Of a DNA stretch of 58,466 nt, positions 37,496 to 47,885 are shown piece by piece. Position 1 is the first letter of the stretch. Each line of letters opens with the position of its first letter. The notes below the pieces were generated by a model. That model worked only from the letters and a program-made list of their open reading frames with translations, was not told where the DNA came from and searched no databases. Origin of the DNA: Candidatus Micrarchaeota archaeon. GTDB lineage: Archaea > Micrarchaeota > Micrarchaeia > Anstonellales > Bilamarchaeaceae. Made by a program: the position numbers and the translations under genes. The stretch is from positions 1 to 58,466 of the forward strand of contig JBDRLQ010000005.1 of NCBI GenBank assembly GCA_043812915.1, given 5' to 3'.

Positions 37496-37999
37496 CTACT
37501 TCCGCTCTTCGGCATCAAGGGCGAGCATGGCAATCATTGGAGAAGATTCCATGTACATGTAGCTGGCGACCTTCCTGTATTTTCCGAGCATGTCCTGCAC
37601 CATCTCCCTGCCCTCTTCCCTAAAAAGGAACGTGTGCAGGCTGAACGTGCTGTTGGAATAATCGCGCATCTCAATCTTGAAAAGCCCCTCGGGAGCCTTC
37701 TGCCCCTTCTTTCTCGGAAGCGGCTCCAGCTGCTCCATACGGAATGCCTGGGCGGGAAGGGTCTCAACGCCCCTCAATCTGGAAACCGGGGCGCCACGGC
37801 TAAGCTCATGCGTCTCCTGCAGCTTGCCATTCCCGTCGAATATCTTCATGTGCCTGCTGCCGTCATGCAGCCTGGAGAAATGGCACTGCACGCCCTTCAT
37901 CATGGGTATGAAATGCACGTCCCCCTCCTTGGAGACTGTCACCTTCGCGACAGAGAACGGCCTGCTTTTTCCGAGGGCCACAATATCTATATCAGCCAT
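37496..37999 (-). CDS. Hypothetical protein
   Basis: ORF just downstream of secD; start placed at MADID. Confidence 0.55.
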   Translation of the reverse strand: MADIDIVALGKSRPFSVAKVTVSKEGDVHFIPMMKGVQCHFSRLHDGSRHMKIFDGNGKLQETHELSRGAPVSRLRGVETLPAQAFRMEQLEPLPRKKGQKAPEGLFKIEMRDYSNSTFSLHTFLFREEGREMVQDMLGKYRKVASYMYMESSPMIAMLALDAEERK

Positions 38000-38015
38000 T
38001 GAAAACACCGGGATG

Positions 38016-39695
38016 CTATTCCTCCTTCTTGACAATCCTGCCGACAATCGCTGCGTATGCCGGCCGGGTTAGCAGGTAGCCGAGCATTGAGCCTAGGATA
38101 GTGGAAATCGCGAACCCGATGACCTCCACGAGCCCTGAAAAGAGCAGCGGAATCATGGAAAGCGTCGCGACAATCACGTTTGTCTTGATTATGCTGAACG
38201 CGTGCTCCATCTTGTCCTGCCTGCTGTGCGAGTCCTTTTTGAGGAGCTCATCGGTAATCACTATCTGCGCGTCCACGCCCACGCCGATTGCCGCTATGAT
38301 TCCAGCCATCGCCGCAAGGTCTATGGTGAACGAGCCAAGGATTGAGATGAGTATGATTAATTCCGCGACTGAAATCGCCACAATCGGAAGCGTGGCCACG
38401 ATATTCCTGTACCTTAGCCCAATCAAAAGCGAAATCGCGATGAGCGCTGCCACGATCGCAACCAGGCTGAGCCTGAGGAACTCCTCGCCAAGCGATGGAG
38501 GCAAGGATGTCCTGCTTCCAAGGGAAATCTGGACCGGAAGGGAACCTCCCTTAAGGATTGAGATTATGCTTTTTGTCCTTGTTGCCGCGTCCTCGCCGCG
38601 CTCCTGGCTGGTAGCCCCAATCGCGCTTCCTGTCACTGCGAAGTTGTAGTTGGGCACGCCAGTTGTAAGCCCCGGGGCCAGGAGCGGGGAATTGAGCAGC
38701 CCGATTGCCTGGAGGGTGTTCACAATAAGGACGCCGCTGTTGGTCCTTGTGAAGTTGGCCGCAATCTCCTCTTCAGGGAATTCCCTGAGCGTAAATCCGG
38801 CGGCCCTGAGCATCGCCTTGTATTCCTCTGGGACATCCTGGCTGACAAGGGCATCCGTCTTCCCGGTTGCCGGAGTGATGTTCTCAAGGTCATCAAGGAT
38901 GTAAATTGGAATGTCTCCTTCTTCCAATGCAAGCGCGTCCTCAAGGGCGTGCATCGATTCCCTTTCATTGGAATCAGGAATTACGTAGCCGGCCATCTGG
39001 GCCCTTGTATAGAACAGGGCGGCATCAGTGGGCCGGTCAAGGTACATGTAAACAGGATAATCCGCCTTGCCCTCAGCAGCTTTTGCAAAGCGCTCGGCGC
39101 CGGTCCGGTCGACCGAGAATGTAACCCCCCAGTCCGCTCCGCTCTGCGCAAGGGACGAAGGGTTCTGTGGCGCGATTGACGAGGAGAAGATGTCCTCTCC
39201 GCTCACGGCTATCCTGCCGTCGACAACGCCCAGATAGACGCCCTGGTGGGCCAGCGTTTCCTCTATATTGTTGATTGTCTTCTCGTCAGTGCTGGGCATC
39301 TCCACGTTGATTTCACTATCACCGATTGCCCGCACCTTGGCTTCAGTCAATCCGAGCACGCTCACTCTCTTCTTGATTGTCTGCACCAGCTCGTTCATGG
39401 TGTCGTCATCCACTTCATGCTCAAGCAATATCGGAATCCTGGTTCCTCCGCTGAAGTCTATTCCGAACTTCAAGCCATTCATCCCTATATTTGAAATGCA
39501 GAGTATGACAATGAGGGCGAGCCCGCCTAATTTTATGTAGGACTCCTTCCACATCATGCAGAGGCTTCCGAAAACCAGAAGCGAGAATATCAGCAGCAGC
39601 CCTGCGAATGAGGGATACAACACAACTCCTGCGGCAAACAGGGCGAACAGGAGCACCATCAGTAGGAATTTCTTGTCAGTGTACCAGAACATCAT
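38016..39695 (-). CDS. secD: Protein translocase subunit SecD (archaeal)
   Basis: GIDFSGGTRI, LKGGSLPV, PSLGEEF, IDLAAMAGIIAAIGVGVDAQIVITDE, LTRPAY. Confidence 0.93.
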   Translation of the reverse strand: MMFWYTDKKFLLMVLLFALFAAGVVLYPSFAGLLLIFSLLVFGSLCMMWKESYIKLGGLALIVILCISNIGMNGLKFGIDFSGGTRIPILLEHEVDDDTMNELVQTIKKRVSVLGLTEAKVRAIGDSEINVEMPSTDEKTINNIEETLAHQGVYLGVVDGRIAVSGEDIFSSSIAPQNPSSLAQSGADWGVTFSVDRTGAERFAKAAEGKADYPVYMYLDRPTDAALFYTRAQMAGYVIPDSNERESMHALEDALALEEGDIPIYILDDLENITPATGKTDALVSQDVPEEYKAMLRAAGFTLREFPEEEIAANFTRTNSGVLIVNTLQAIGLLNSPLLAPGLTTGVPNYNFAVTGSAIGATSQERGEDAATRTKSIISILKGGSLPVQISLGSRTSLPPSLGEEFLRLSLVAIVAALIAISLLIGLRYRNIVATLPIVAISVAELIILISILGSFTIDLAAMAGIIAAIGVGVDAQIVITDELLKKDSHSRQDKMEHAFSIIKTNVIVATLSMIPLLFSGLVEVIGFAISTILGSMLGYLLTRPAYAAIVGRIVKKEE

Positions 39696-40783
39696 AATCC
39701 CTCCTTCTTCTCAACATGCCACAGCAACAGGACGGCGTTTATGCCCCATGTCGCGAACATGTCTCCTATCAGCCCTGCAAGGGCAACTGCCGAAATCTCA
39801 AAGTAAGTCGGTATGTGGGTCAGAGTTGAAAGAATGAACAGCGAAGTGAAGGCAATCAGCCCAGTAATGCTCATCGTAAGGCCGGTCTTCATGGAATCGT
39901 GGGCCTTCTCCCTCGGGTCGCCCTTCCTCTTTAGCATCCTCATTGTCAGCAGGATATCAGTATCAAGCGAATATCCGACAAGCATCAGCAGCGCCGCGAA
40001 TGATGGGAGCGTCAGGGGGATTCCGAAGAGCCCCATCGCCCCAAGCGCAATTATTATGTCACAGAAAGCGCCGATGATGACCGCGATGCTCGGGACAAGG
40101 TTCCTGAAGAAGATGAAAACGAAAACCACGCTGAGGGCGGCAGAGAACAGCACGACATTGAACGCCTTCTCTATGAAGTGGGTGCTGAGCAGCGGGCTCA
40201 CGGTCTGCACTGAAATGGAAGTATAGCCCACGTGCCTCTCTATGGGCCCGGAAATGGATTCCTCATAATTGGTATACACCTGCTGGTACGCTTCCAAAAA
40301 CGCGCGGTCCAGGTCGTTCATGCCGCTAATGTTATAGTCCGACCTGCTAAGTTTCGCTAAGGAGAACATCTCGTCCGCGACCGCCTCGGTCTCAGCCTTC
40401 TTCGCGTTGTATTCCCCTATGGAGCTCTCATTGGTATTCGCCTGCACCTCAAGAAAAGAGGCGTCGGCAAGGAGAACAGCGAATTCTGACTTGAGCTCTT
40501 CTGCGCGGACAAGGTTGTCGCTTTGGGAAACTTCCACTTCCGCCTTGAACCCGACTGCGGTCTCAAAGATCCTCACATCGGCATCAAGCCCCTCGTCTAG
40601 GAGCTTCTGCTCCAGTTCATCTGCGTCAACAGGCTGGTCCAGGGTGAGTGAAATGAGTGTTCCCCCGGTGAAGTCGACACCGAGCTTTACCTGTGGTATG
40701 AAGAACAGTGACACAACCACCAGGATAATCGGCGCTATCGCAAGCAGCCTGTAGTCTCCCTTGAAAATATTAGGAAAGTCCAT
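39692..40783 (-). CDS. secF: Protein translocase subunit SecF (archaeal)
   Basis: LGVDFTGGT, FAALLMLVGYSLDTDILLT, TGLTMSIT; 4-nt overlap with secD. Confidence 0.93.
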   Translation of the reverse strand: MDFPNIFKGDYRLLAIAPIILVVVSLFFIPQVKLGVDFTGGTLISLTLDQPVDADELEQKLLDEGLDADVRIFETAVGFKAEVEVSQSDNLVRAEELKSEFAVLLADASFLEVQANTNESSIGEYNAKKAETEAVADEMFSLAKLSRSDYNISGMNDLDRAFLEAYQQVYTNYEESISGPIERHVGYTSISVQTVSPLLSTHFIEKAFNVVLFSAALSVVFVFIFFRNLVPSIAVIIGAFCDIIIALGAMGLFGIPLTLPSFAALLMLVGYSLDTDILLTMRMLKRKGDPREKAHDSMKTGLTMSITGLIAFTSLFILSTLTHIPTYFEISAVALAGLIGDMFATWGINAVLLLWHVEKKEGL

Positions 40784-40988
40784 ACAAATCGCGGCCTTTT
40801 CAGAATGATGGTCTTCTCAATAGTGCCAAATCTTTATAATTACTTATGGCTGAGAAGTGCTTTGGGAAGACTGGTAAATTGTGGGGTATTTAGTAAAATC
40901 CGTAAAATACCATTAAACGATACATTTTAAAGACGTTACAAGTAATAGAAGTTAGTGTTCATAGATTCATTATTCCCGAGCTGATGGA

Positions 40989-43900
40989 ATGACTAGGCTA
41001 ACAAGTGCTTCACAAGGATTAATTACTTCGAGAAAACTGGCAAAATGGGCGAGGCTCACCAGGGGGCGCTACGCTTTAGGGGACCTTTTCGAGCAGCCGC
41101 AGGCGATGCAGGCCCAGCTTCCATCCAAGCTAGCCGCAGAGCCGAGGAAGGAGGATTGCAGGACAGAGCCGGTTGCGCTCACCAGAAGGAAATCCAGCCC
41201 GCCCCCGCAGGCGCCTCCCGAGGGGAAGCCCGATAGGGATTTGAGACTGTCCGAAGCGGCAGCCAGAGGCCTGTTTGGCATTCCATTCATTCCTGGCTCC
41301 GGTATTCCAGCCAGCCCCCTTGCCAGGGATATCTCCACTGATGGTCCGGTGTTCGAGGGTTCAGCTCTCGCGCGCCTTGGCATAGAGGATGATGAGCCAG
41401 GCGGGCGGCCTTTGCCTGCGGGACAGCCGGCAGGAAAGCTTGCGGTCCCGCCACCTCCTCCGCCAAAGACCACTCTCCTCGGGATGCCAAAACCGCCCCA
41501 ACTTCCACTAGATGCAATTCCTGAAATCGGAGCTTCAGCGCTTATTGAAATTACTGATGCGGGGGTCCGGACACTGATGCCGGCCCATGGCATCCGGCCT
41601 CCGCCCCCTCCGCCGCCCACCACGACTGTGGTCGGCATGCCTGAGCGTAAGCCCCCAAAGGCCCCTGAGCCCGAGGCGCAATGCGAAGAGGATGATTCCG
41701 ACTGCATGGAGGCCCTGGCCGAGCTTGCCAGTTTTGTCCTCGAGCCTCCAAGTCCCCAGGCTCCGGAGCCGGAAGAACCGGTGCCTGAGCCTGAAGTGGA
41801 AGAAGAGCCGGAACTGATCGAGGAGAGTGATGAGATTGAGGAAATGGAGGAAGCCGGGCCAGCCAAGGGGATGGAAGGGCCGGCAGCAGAAGCTGGGCAG
41901 GAAGAGCCTACCCTGGCTCCGGAAGAACCGCTCAGCAAGGATATTCTCAACCAGAGGCTTCTTGATGCTGCGCTCGTAGGGAATCCAGACGATATAATCG
42001 ATATCGCTGAGCAGGGCGCGGACGTAAATGCCGTGGAACCTGGCTCAGGGATGAGCGTGCTAATGATGGCCGCAAAGCATGGCAAAGGGGAAGCCGTCCA
42101 GTACCTTATTGAAAAGGGAGCGGACGTGAACGCGGAAGACAACAAGGGATGGACCCCTCTAATATATGCCGCGTCAACAGATGCCCACATAGCAATTCTC
42201 CTGCTTGATGCCGGGGCGGATGCGGCGCACGCTACCGGTACTGGATGGAACGCGCTTGCAGAGGCCAGCCTGAAAGGGAAGGAGGATGTCAAGGAAATAA
42301 TCGGGGAATATCTCCCTCAAGAGCAGAAACCTGCCCCGGTAGTGACTGAGGAGAGCGTAGAAATCCATGTATATGCCGGAGCTACTCTAGAGAAAGTCAG
42401 AATAGAGAATCCAGGCGACATCGTCATCGGCAGGGACCCTTCCTGCGATGTGGTGGTCAAGAGCACGTTCGTATCCAGGAGGCATGCCATCCTCAGGTAT
42501 CTTGATGGGGAACTCACCATCGAGCCATATCCGGAAGGCCTCGATGAAGAGCCGCCAGTCGTCTATATCGGCAATATCCCAGAGCTTGACGCGCACGTCC
42601 GCGACCTGGATGAGCAGAAGGAGCTCCTTGGCAGGTTCAGGAGCGGAAGTCTGAGCATGGAGACCGGCCTATCTCCGGGCTCAGCGATGCTGATGGGCGG
42701 AGTGATAATAATAGTTTCAAAAGTCGATGGCCAGGAGTTCGGGAAGGTTCCTGATAACCGGTCTGTTGACCGGTTCCTTCTTTCAATTACTCCAGCAATC
42801 CATGCGGTTGACGCTGGTGAGGGCAGCAAAACCAGCCAGCACCCATCGCCAAGGGCGAGCGCGCACCCCGAGCTTCCAATCCTTTTCCCGCAAGGAGATG
42901 ATGAGCAGTCTGAATCGCAGGGCGCTGCAATCATGGATGGGCGTTCAAAGAAGAATACTGGGCGTGGCGCGCCCGGCGCGGCAGCCGATGAGCTGGAGAA
43001 GGAGAGGCGCAATGCAGACATTGCAGCCCTTATCGCCCAGATAACCGGTCTGCGCGAGAAGAGGATGGAGGCGGAGATGGCAGCGGCAAGGGAATGGGCC
43101 AGGCTTCCGAAATCCAGCGAGGTCGGAGAGCTTTCCAGGGCCGCTTCCGTGGGGGAGAACAAGAGGGAAAACAAGCCAACTCCTGATGGCTGGATGAGCT
43201 GGGGGGAAAAGCCTGTGCAAGATTTTTCAGAGGAAGGGGCGGAAAGCCAGGTGGCAGAAAGGCAACTCAATGAGCGTGGCAGCAGCCTGGCCGGAGTGTT
43301 CGAAAAGCTGCTCGCAAGGCCGGTCGGCCACAGAAGGCCGGGGGAAGTTTCTGCAGATGGCGTTCCCCTTCCGGACAAGGTGCCAGATGGGGAAAAGGAG
43401 CCTGACAAGCCATTAACCCCGGCACTCCTTGAGCGCGGCAGCTCTATAGCAAAAGCGCTCGGCAGGGCGCTTGAAAGGCCGACGCTTGACAGGCTGAGAG
43501 TGCCTGAAGCGGAGAATCCGGCCAAAGCCGGTTCAGAGGGCACGATTGTCGGGATGCCGGAGCTGAGGATTCCAGATGACTGGCCAGAGGCAGAGCAAGA
43601 TGAAGATGAGGATCTGGATGCGGTTATTTCGAGGGCAAGGTCCACCCCCCCAGCTCCGCCTTCTGAAGATGACATTTCCGTGGAAATCCAGGGTGAGGGG
43701 TCTGAGGCTGTTAGGAGGTCAACTCCAGCGCCGGAAGACCAGATAGTTATCGATGCTTCTGAGGTGTTTGGGGCTGATGAGCTGGAGCCTGAAGGCGAGG
43801 CTGTGCAGGCTGACGCGGGGCTGGCCGTTCCGCAACATCCGGCGATAGCGCCTCCACCGCTCAAGGCCGCGCCGGAGAAAGCTGCTGATGCAGAATCGCA

Positions 43901-45722
43901 GGCCGGGCCGGAAGCAGCAGAGCCGGAGGTCATCATCGAGGCCGCAAAGACGCGCGCGGACGAGACCACTCCGGAGGATTTCGACTTCATCCTAGATGGC
44001 GATCTTGAGACGGTGCCTGACAGGGAGCTTACTGATGCGGAAGTGCGGAAGTATGGGGAGGAGCTTCCAGAGAGCATGCTTGTCGATGAGCCTGAGCCGC
44101 CGCCGGCCCCGCTAATTAGGACTGCCCTGCTTGTGATGGAAAGGCCCAATGCAGGGAATACGGTGTATCAGGCCCTATCCGCCGATGGCAGGGCATCCAT
44201 AAAGCTGAAGGCGAAAAGCATTGATGGCAATGCCCCGGCAATCGGATTTGATGATAAAGGGAATCTCGTACTAAGCGGCAATGATGCCTTCCTGAACATC
44301 AGGGTCAATGATAACGAATGGCGCTCCAGAGTTGTGCTCAAGCATGGCGATGTGCTCCAGATAAAGAAGGGCAGGATCACTGTCATGCTTTCCAAAAAGG
44401 GCGAAAAGCCCGGCAAGGGCGCAATCTTCGGAGCTCCGGTCATCCTGAGCAGAAACGAGTGGGTGAAGACCAAGGAAATATTCAGGTATACTGTCAATTT
44501 GATGGAAGGGCAGCTGCTCAGGCTTCCGGAAAATTCGCGCAAGGTCGCCATGGAATGCTGGGTGAACCGGACGTGCGCAGAGCTTAATATGGTCAGGCTG
44601 CTATCCGGGGATTCTCAGGGCCATGCATACACCCGCGTATTGAGGGTGATGGACTACCTGGTCAAAAAGGGGTGCTCTTCGGAGAGCCCCGAGGCTTTCT
44701 TCAGGCTTGTTGAAAAAACCCCTGATATCACCGCTCTTGCCGTGATGATGCAGGCTGCGGAAGGCGCCATTCAGGGCACAGAGGTGAATCTGGATGATGG
44801 TTTCCTGGCAGCACTAAAGGAGAGGCTTTCAGACAAAGTATCCACAATGTTCTTTGACAAGGCGATAGCTCTGATAAGGAGCATGCCTGATGAGAAGCTG
44901 CTTTCGATTAAGTCCATCAAGCTCGCAGGGGACCTTGAGGAGCTGACCGATAGCCCGCCTGTCCGGCGCAATGTCATGGCAACCCTCAATCCGCTGCTAA
45001 ATGACATGGGGATAGCATTGTGGGAGCAGGGCAGTGAGATTATCATCTCACGCGCGACACATGTGATTGAATCCGAGAGGGTCCACTTCGTGTTTGCGTG
45101 CGAGCTGCCGGAGGCTGGCAGCACAAGCGGATGGATGGGCGCGATGCCACATACGGAATTCGCTCCTGTTTTCGTTCCGGAATATATGCTCGATAAGAAT
45201 ATGCCGGGGGTGGACGGGTCGCCGCATGGCGAGATTGACCGCCTTGTCATAATCGGCGGGAGCCGGTCCTTTGGGGACGGGCAGCTCGGCCATTATCATA
45301 GGCTCGTCTCATACATGAACCACCTGACCGGCTACAGCTCATATGCGGCCGGGCAGCCTGATGGGGATGCCCTTCAGGAATCGGTCGCGCTTGCGGCATC
45401 GCTTTACTATGCGGGGCAGGGCAACCCGACAATCATTGATGCTCTCGAGAAGCTTTCCAGGAATGAAGATGGGCGTGGGCCGGCAACGGTGCAGAAGGCG
45501 GCGGGCAGGCTCCTTGGCTTCATTGGCCAGAACCAGCACCTGGACAGCGTGTCAGCAATGCTCGCCTATGCGGATTCCGAGTACAATATGGCTCTTGGCA
45601 TCAGCTGCAACGGGCTCCTGGGCTTCCAGCGCTCGGTTCAGCAGAATGAAAGAAAGACGGGATTAGGTTCGCTTGTGGAGAGGGTGAGGAAGGTCCTGCC
45701 AATCGGAAGGGCTTCAAAGTAA
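40989..45722 (+). CDS. Large multidomain protein: leader motif, Pro-rich region, ankyrin repeats, FHA, acidic linker, FHA-like domain, degenerate zincin-like domain
   Basis: Ankyrins (GMSVLMMAAKHGKGEAVQYLIEKGADVNAED, GWTPLIYAA); canonical FHA IVIGRDPSCDVVV..VSRRHAIL; second FHA-like unit ending LKHGDVLQI; C-terminal domain shared with the next two ORFs. Confidence 0.88.
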   Translation: MTRLTSASQGLITSRKLAKWARLTRGRYALGDLFEQPQAMQAQLPSKLAAEPRKEDCRTEPVALTRRKSSPPPQAPPEGKPDRDLRLSEAAARGLFGIPFIPGSGIPASPLARDISTDGPVFEGSALARLGIEDDEPGGRPLPAGQPAGKLAVPPPPPPKTTLLGMPKPPQLPLDAIPEIGASALIEITDAGVRTLMPAHGIRPPPPPPPTTTVVGMPERKPPKAPEPEAQCEEDDSDCMEALAELASFVLEPPSPQAPEPEEPVPEPEVEEEPELIEESDEIEEMEEAGPAKGMEGPAAEAGQEEPTLAPEEPLSKDILNQRLLDAALVGNPDDIIDIAEQGADVNAVEPGSGMSVLMMAAKHGKGEAVQYLIEKGADVNAEDNKGWTPLIYAASTDAHIAILLLDAGADAAHATGTGWNALAEASLKGKEDVKEIIGEYLPQEQKPAPVVTEESVEIHVYAGATLEKVRIENPGDIVIGRDPSCDVVVKSTFVSRRHAILRYLDGELTIEPYPEGLDEEPPVVYIGNIPELDAHVRDLDEQKELLGRFRSGSLSMETGLSPGSAMLMGGVIIIVSKVDGQEFGKVPDNRSVDRFLLSITPAIHAVDAGEGSKTSQHPSPRASAHPELPILFPQGDDEQSESQGAAIMDGRSKKNTGRGAPGAAADELEKERRNADIAALIAQITGLREKRMEAEMAAAREWARLPKSSEVGELSRAASVGENKRENKPTPDGWMSWGEKPVQDFSEEGAESQVAERQLNERGSSLAGVFEKLLARPVGHRRPGEVSADGVPLPDKVPDGEKEPDKPLTPALLERGSSIAKALGRALERPTLDRLRVPEAENPAKAGSEGTIVGMPELRIPDDWPEAEQDEDEDLDAVISRARSTPPAPPSEDDISVEIQGEGSEAVRRSTPAPEDQIVIDASEVFGADELEPEGEAVQADAGLAVPQHPAIAPPPLKAAPEKAADAESQAGPEAAEPEVIIEAAKTRADETTPEDFDFILDGDLETVPDRELTDAEVRKYGEELPESMLVDEPEPPPAPLIRTALLVMERPNAGNTVYQALSADGRASIKLKAKSIDGNAPAIGFDDKGNLVLSGNDAFLNIRVNDNEWRSRVVLKHGDVLQIKKGRITVMLSKKGEKPGKGAIFGAPVILSRNEWVKTKEIFRYTVNLMEGQLLRLPENSRKVAMECWVNRTCAELNMVRLLSGDSQGHAYTRVLRVMDYLVKKGCSSESPEAFFRLVEKTPDITALAVMMQAAEGAIQGTEVNLDDGFLAALKERLSDKVSTMFFDKAIALIRSMPDEKLLSIKSIKLAGDLEELTDSPPVRRNVMATLNPLLNDMGIALWEQGSEIIISRATHVIESERVHFVFACELPEAGSTSGWMGAMPHTEFAPVFVPEYMLDKNMPGVDGSPHGEIDRLVIIGGSRSFGDGQLGHYHRLVSYMNHLTGYSSYAAGQPDGDALQESVALAASLYYAGQGNPTIIDALEKLSRNEDGRGPATVQKAAGRLLGFIGQNQHLDSVSAMLAYADSEYNMALGISCNGLLGFQRSVQQNERKTGLGSLVERVRKVLPIGRASK

Positions 45723-45765
45723 CGCTCGAATGGATTTTGGCTGAGCAACAGGGATTACAGAGACG

Positions 45766-47877
45766 ATGGAAATGACTTTGAAAAAAGTGCCAGACTTTAT
45801 GCTCCGGAAAAGCTACATGTTCACCAGCCGTAAGCTTGCGCGCTGGAGCCGGTTCGCCAATTCTGGCACCATCCCATCATTAGCCCCGCCCTGCCAGGCC
45901 CCGCGCGGGATTGACCCCATCCTGGCCGGACTGATGCCTAGGCCAAAACTTGTCGCGACCGAGAAAATCGGAGTGGTCGGGTTCCTGCACAGGGAAGACA
46001 TGAGCTGCAGAGCCCGCACCAAGGCGCAGTTCTGCAGCGGGAGCGTGATAACCCTTGGCGGGGACCTTTCCAGCGACTCGTCACGCCTCCTTCTGCCAGG
46101 CACGAACATCTCATCCACACATGCTGAGATTACTTTCAGCGACGATGGGAAGCGCGCTTTCATCACACACCGCGGCATGGGAACGAAAACCATCCTCAAT
46201 GGCTCGGAACTGAAGATAGGCGAGGCAGCAGAGCTCCGCGAGTATGACATCCTCCAGGTGGGGGAGAACAGGCTGACCGTAATCTGCATCAAGGGCAGAA
46301 GCAACGAGCCGCAGAGGCAGATATCCGCAAAGGAATCCTATGTCATAATAACCCTGTGGGACACCGCGACCGCTCAAAAGCAGTTCGCCATAGTCGCAAA
46401 GTCTGATGAAAGGGTGGTTTTTATCGACCGGGGGGGCGGATGCAGTTTCCGCAGGAAGGATTCAGATGTGACGAACATGCTCGCCGCAGCGGGATTCGAT
46501 AATTCCGGCTCGCTCTCTTTCCGTGATCTTGGCAACGGCAGCGAAGTTGACGATGCCTTTTACCGGAACCAGGCAGTGCCCCTCAAGGACCAGAACATAC
46601 TGCGCATGGGCAGGTCCAGCGTGGCGATTGTGACTGCCGTTATCGGAAATCCTCCGAAGCGGGTTGGCGCTTTCAAGGGCACCGACATGGGGTACTTCTC
46701 AATAGAATTGTTCATGCGAAACCGCTTCTGCCAGAAGCTCGATATAAATTTCCTGGACACTTTGTTCTCCATGGAGAGAAGGATATATTCATCTTTTGGG
46801 GACTCGGATGGTCAGGTGCTTGCGAGGATCCGGGTACTGACAACCTGGGCCAATATCCTTGAGGGGAATCTCAAATGGGTTTCTGGCCTTCCCAGGAAGT
46901 TCCAGGAATCCGAGTATAAGAAAACGATGGAGGCAATCGACTATCTCTTCGCGCGCGGGCGGAAAGCCGAGGACTCGAATGCGTTTTTCCAATACCTGAG
47001 AAATCGAGGGAACCTTCTGGATATCGCAATCGCCGCAAAGAGGCTGACAAGGCCCGCGGACAAAGTCGCGGAGTTCTCGAAAGTAAGGCCGCTATGGAAG
47101 GAGAGGTCTTTTCTACCTGACCTTATGCGCTGCATGGACAGCGGCCTTGGCGCAACTGAGCAGCTCCACTCCCTTATCAGGGCCATTCCGGAACATATGC
47201 TCCAGAACACTTCGCGCAGGGAACTGTCCATGATGGCAGCCAGCGGCGGGGCCGGGCTGAAGGAAGCGCTTGCGCACCTTAATATAAGGCTGAATATCAA
47301 GGGCGTCGCAGTATGGCTTGCCCATGATGTAATCACCCTGGGCAAGGCCACCCACATTTCCCCGGGCCCGCCAGGAGAGGGAGACACTGTGATTGTGGAG
47401 CCGATAGAAGGCCTTCCGAACATCTTTAGGGCAGGCGACCTTGGCAGGATGCATTATGGAATCCAGCTTCCACTGCACGGGACAATATTCATCAACGGAA
47501 AGATGAATGGCAAAAACTCGAAACCTGCAAAGCATGACGCAGGCTTTCGCTACCATATACAGCGCTACCTGGACGCTCTGACCGGATACCGGGCAGCTGT
47601 TGAGGGGAAATCCTGGGGCTCTGATGATTCAACAGCCTCCGCGCTTGAATCCACCGCGATGGCAGCTTCATACTATTATTCAGAAATCCCCAACGAGCTG
47701 ATTATTGGCAGGCTTTCGCGCGAGCCCAATGGTGAGCGCTCAAAAGCGGCCCGCCAGATTATCGAGCACATCGGTGCGAGCCGCAATGTCCGGATGGCCC
47801 TTTTGGGATTTATTGACAGGCAGTATGCCAAGGCTGACGGTGTCGCCATAAGCTACTCGTCGCTTCTGAACAGATAG
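45766..47877 (+). CDS. FHA-domain protein with leader motif and degenerate zincin-like C-terminal domain
   Basis: FHA: ITLGG...ISSTHAEI...TILNG...LREYDILQVG; second FHA-like unit LKDQNILRMG; paralogous C-terminal domain. Confidence 0.82.
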   Translation: MEMTLKKVPDFMLRKSYMFTSRKLARWSRFANSGTIPSLAPPCQAPRGIDPILAGLMPRPKLVATEKIGVVGFLHREDMSCRARTKAQFCSGSVITLGGDLSSDSSRLLLPGTNISSTHAEITFSDDGKRAFITHRGMGTKTILNGSELKIGEAAELREYDILQVGENRLTVICIKGRSNEPQRQISAKESYVIITLWDTATAQKQFAIVAKSDERVVFIDRGGGCSFRRKDSDVTNMLAAAGFDNSGSLSFRDLGNGSEVDDAFYRNQAVPLKDQNILRMGRSSVAIVTAVIGNPPKRVGAFKGTDMGYFSIELFMRNRFCQKLDINFLDTLFSMERRIYSSFGDSDGQVLARIRVLTTWANILEGNLKWVSGLPRKFQESEYKKTMEAIDYLFARGRKAEDSNAFFQYLRNRGNLLDIAIAAKRLTRPADKVAEFSKVRPLWKERSFLPDLMRCMDSGLGATEQLHSLIRAIPEHMLQNTSRRELSMMAASGGAGLKEALAHLNIRLNIKGVAVWLAHDVITLGKATHISPGPPGEGDTVIVEPIEGLPNIFRAGDLGRMHYGIQLPLHGTIFINGKMNGKNSKPAKHDAGFRYHIQRYLDALTGYRAAVEGKSWGSDDSTASALESTAMAASYYYSEIPNELIIGRLSREPNGERSKAARQIIEHIGASRNVRMALLGFIDRQYAKADGVAISYSSLLNR

Positions 47878-47885
47878 TATTCGAG

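Noticed and set aside
37394..38002. Plus-strand 202-aa ORF
   Set aside because: It spans an AT-rich promoter region and overlaps a more plausible minus-strand gene co-oriented with secD.
42563..44149. 528-aa antisense ORF (also 41069-42292, 53262-54503 and other long Ser-rich antisense ORFs)
   Set aside because: Shadow frames of acidic/Pro-rich sense genes; low-complexity S/A/G translation with no motifs.
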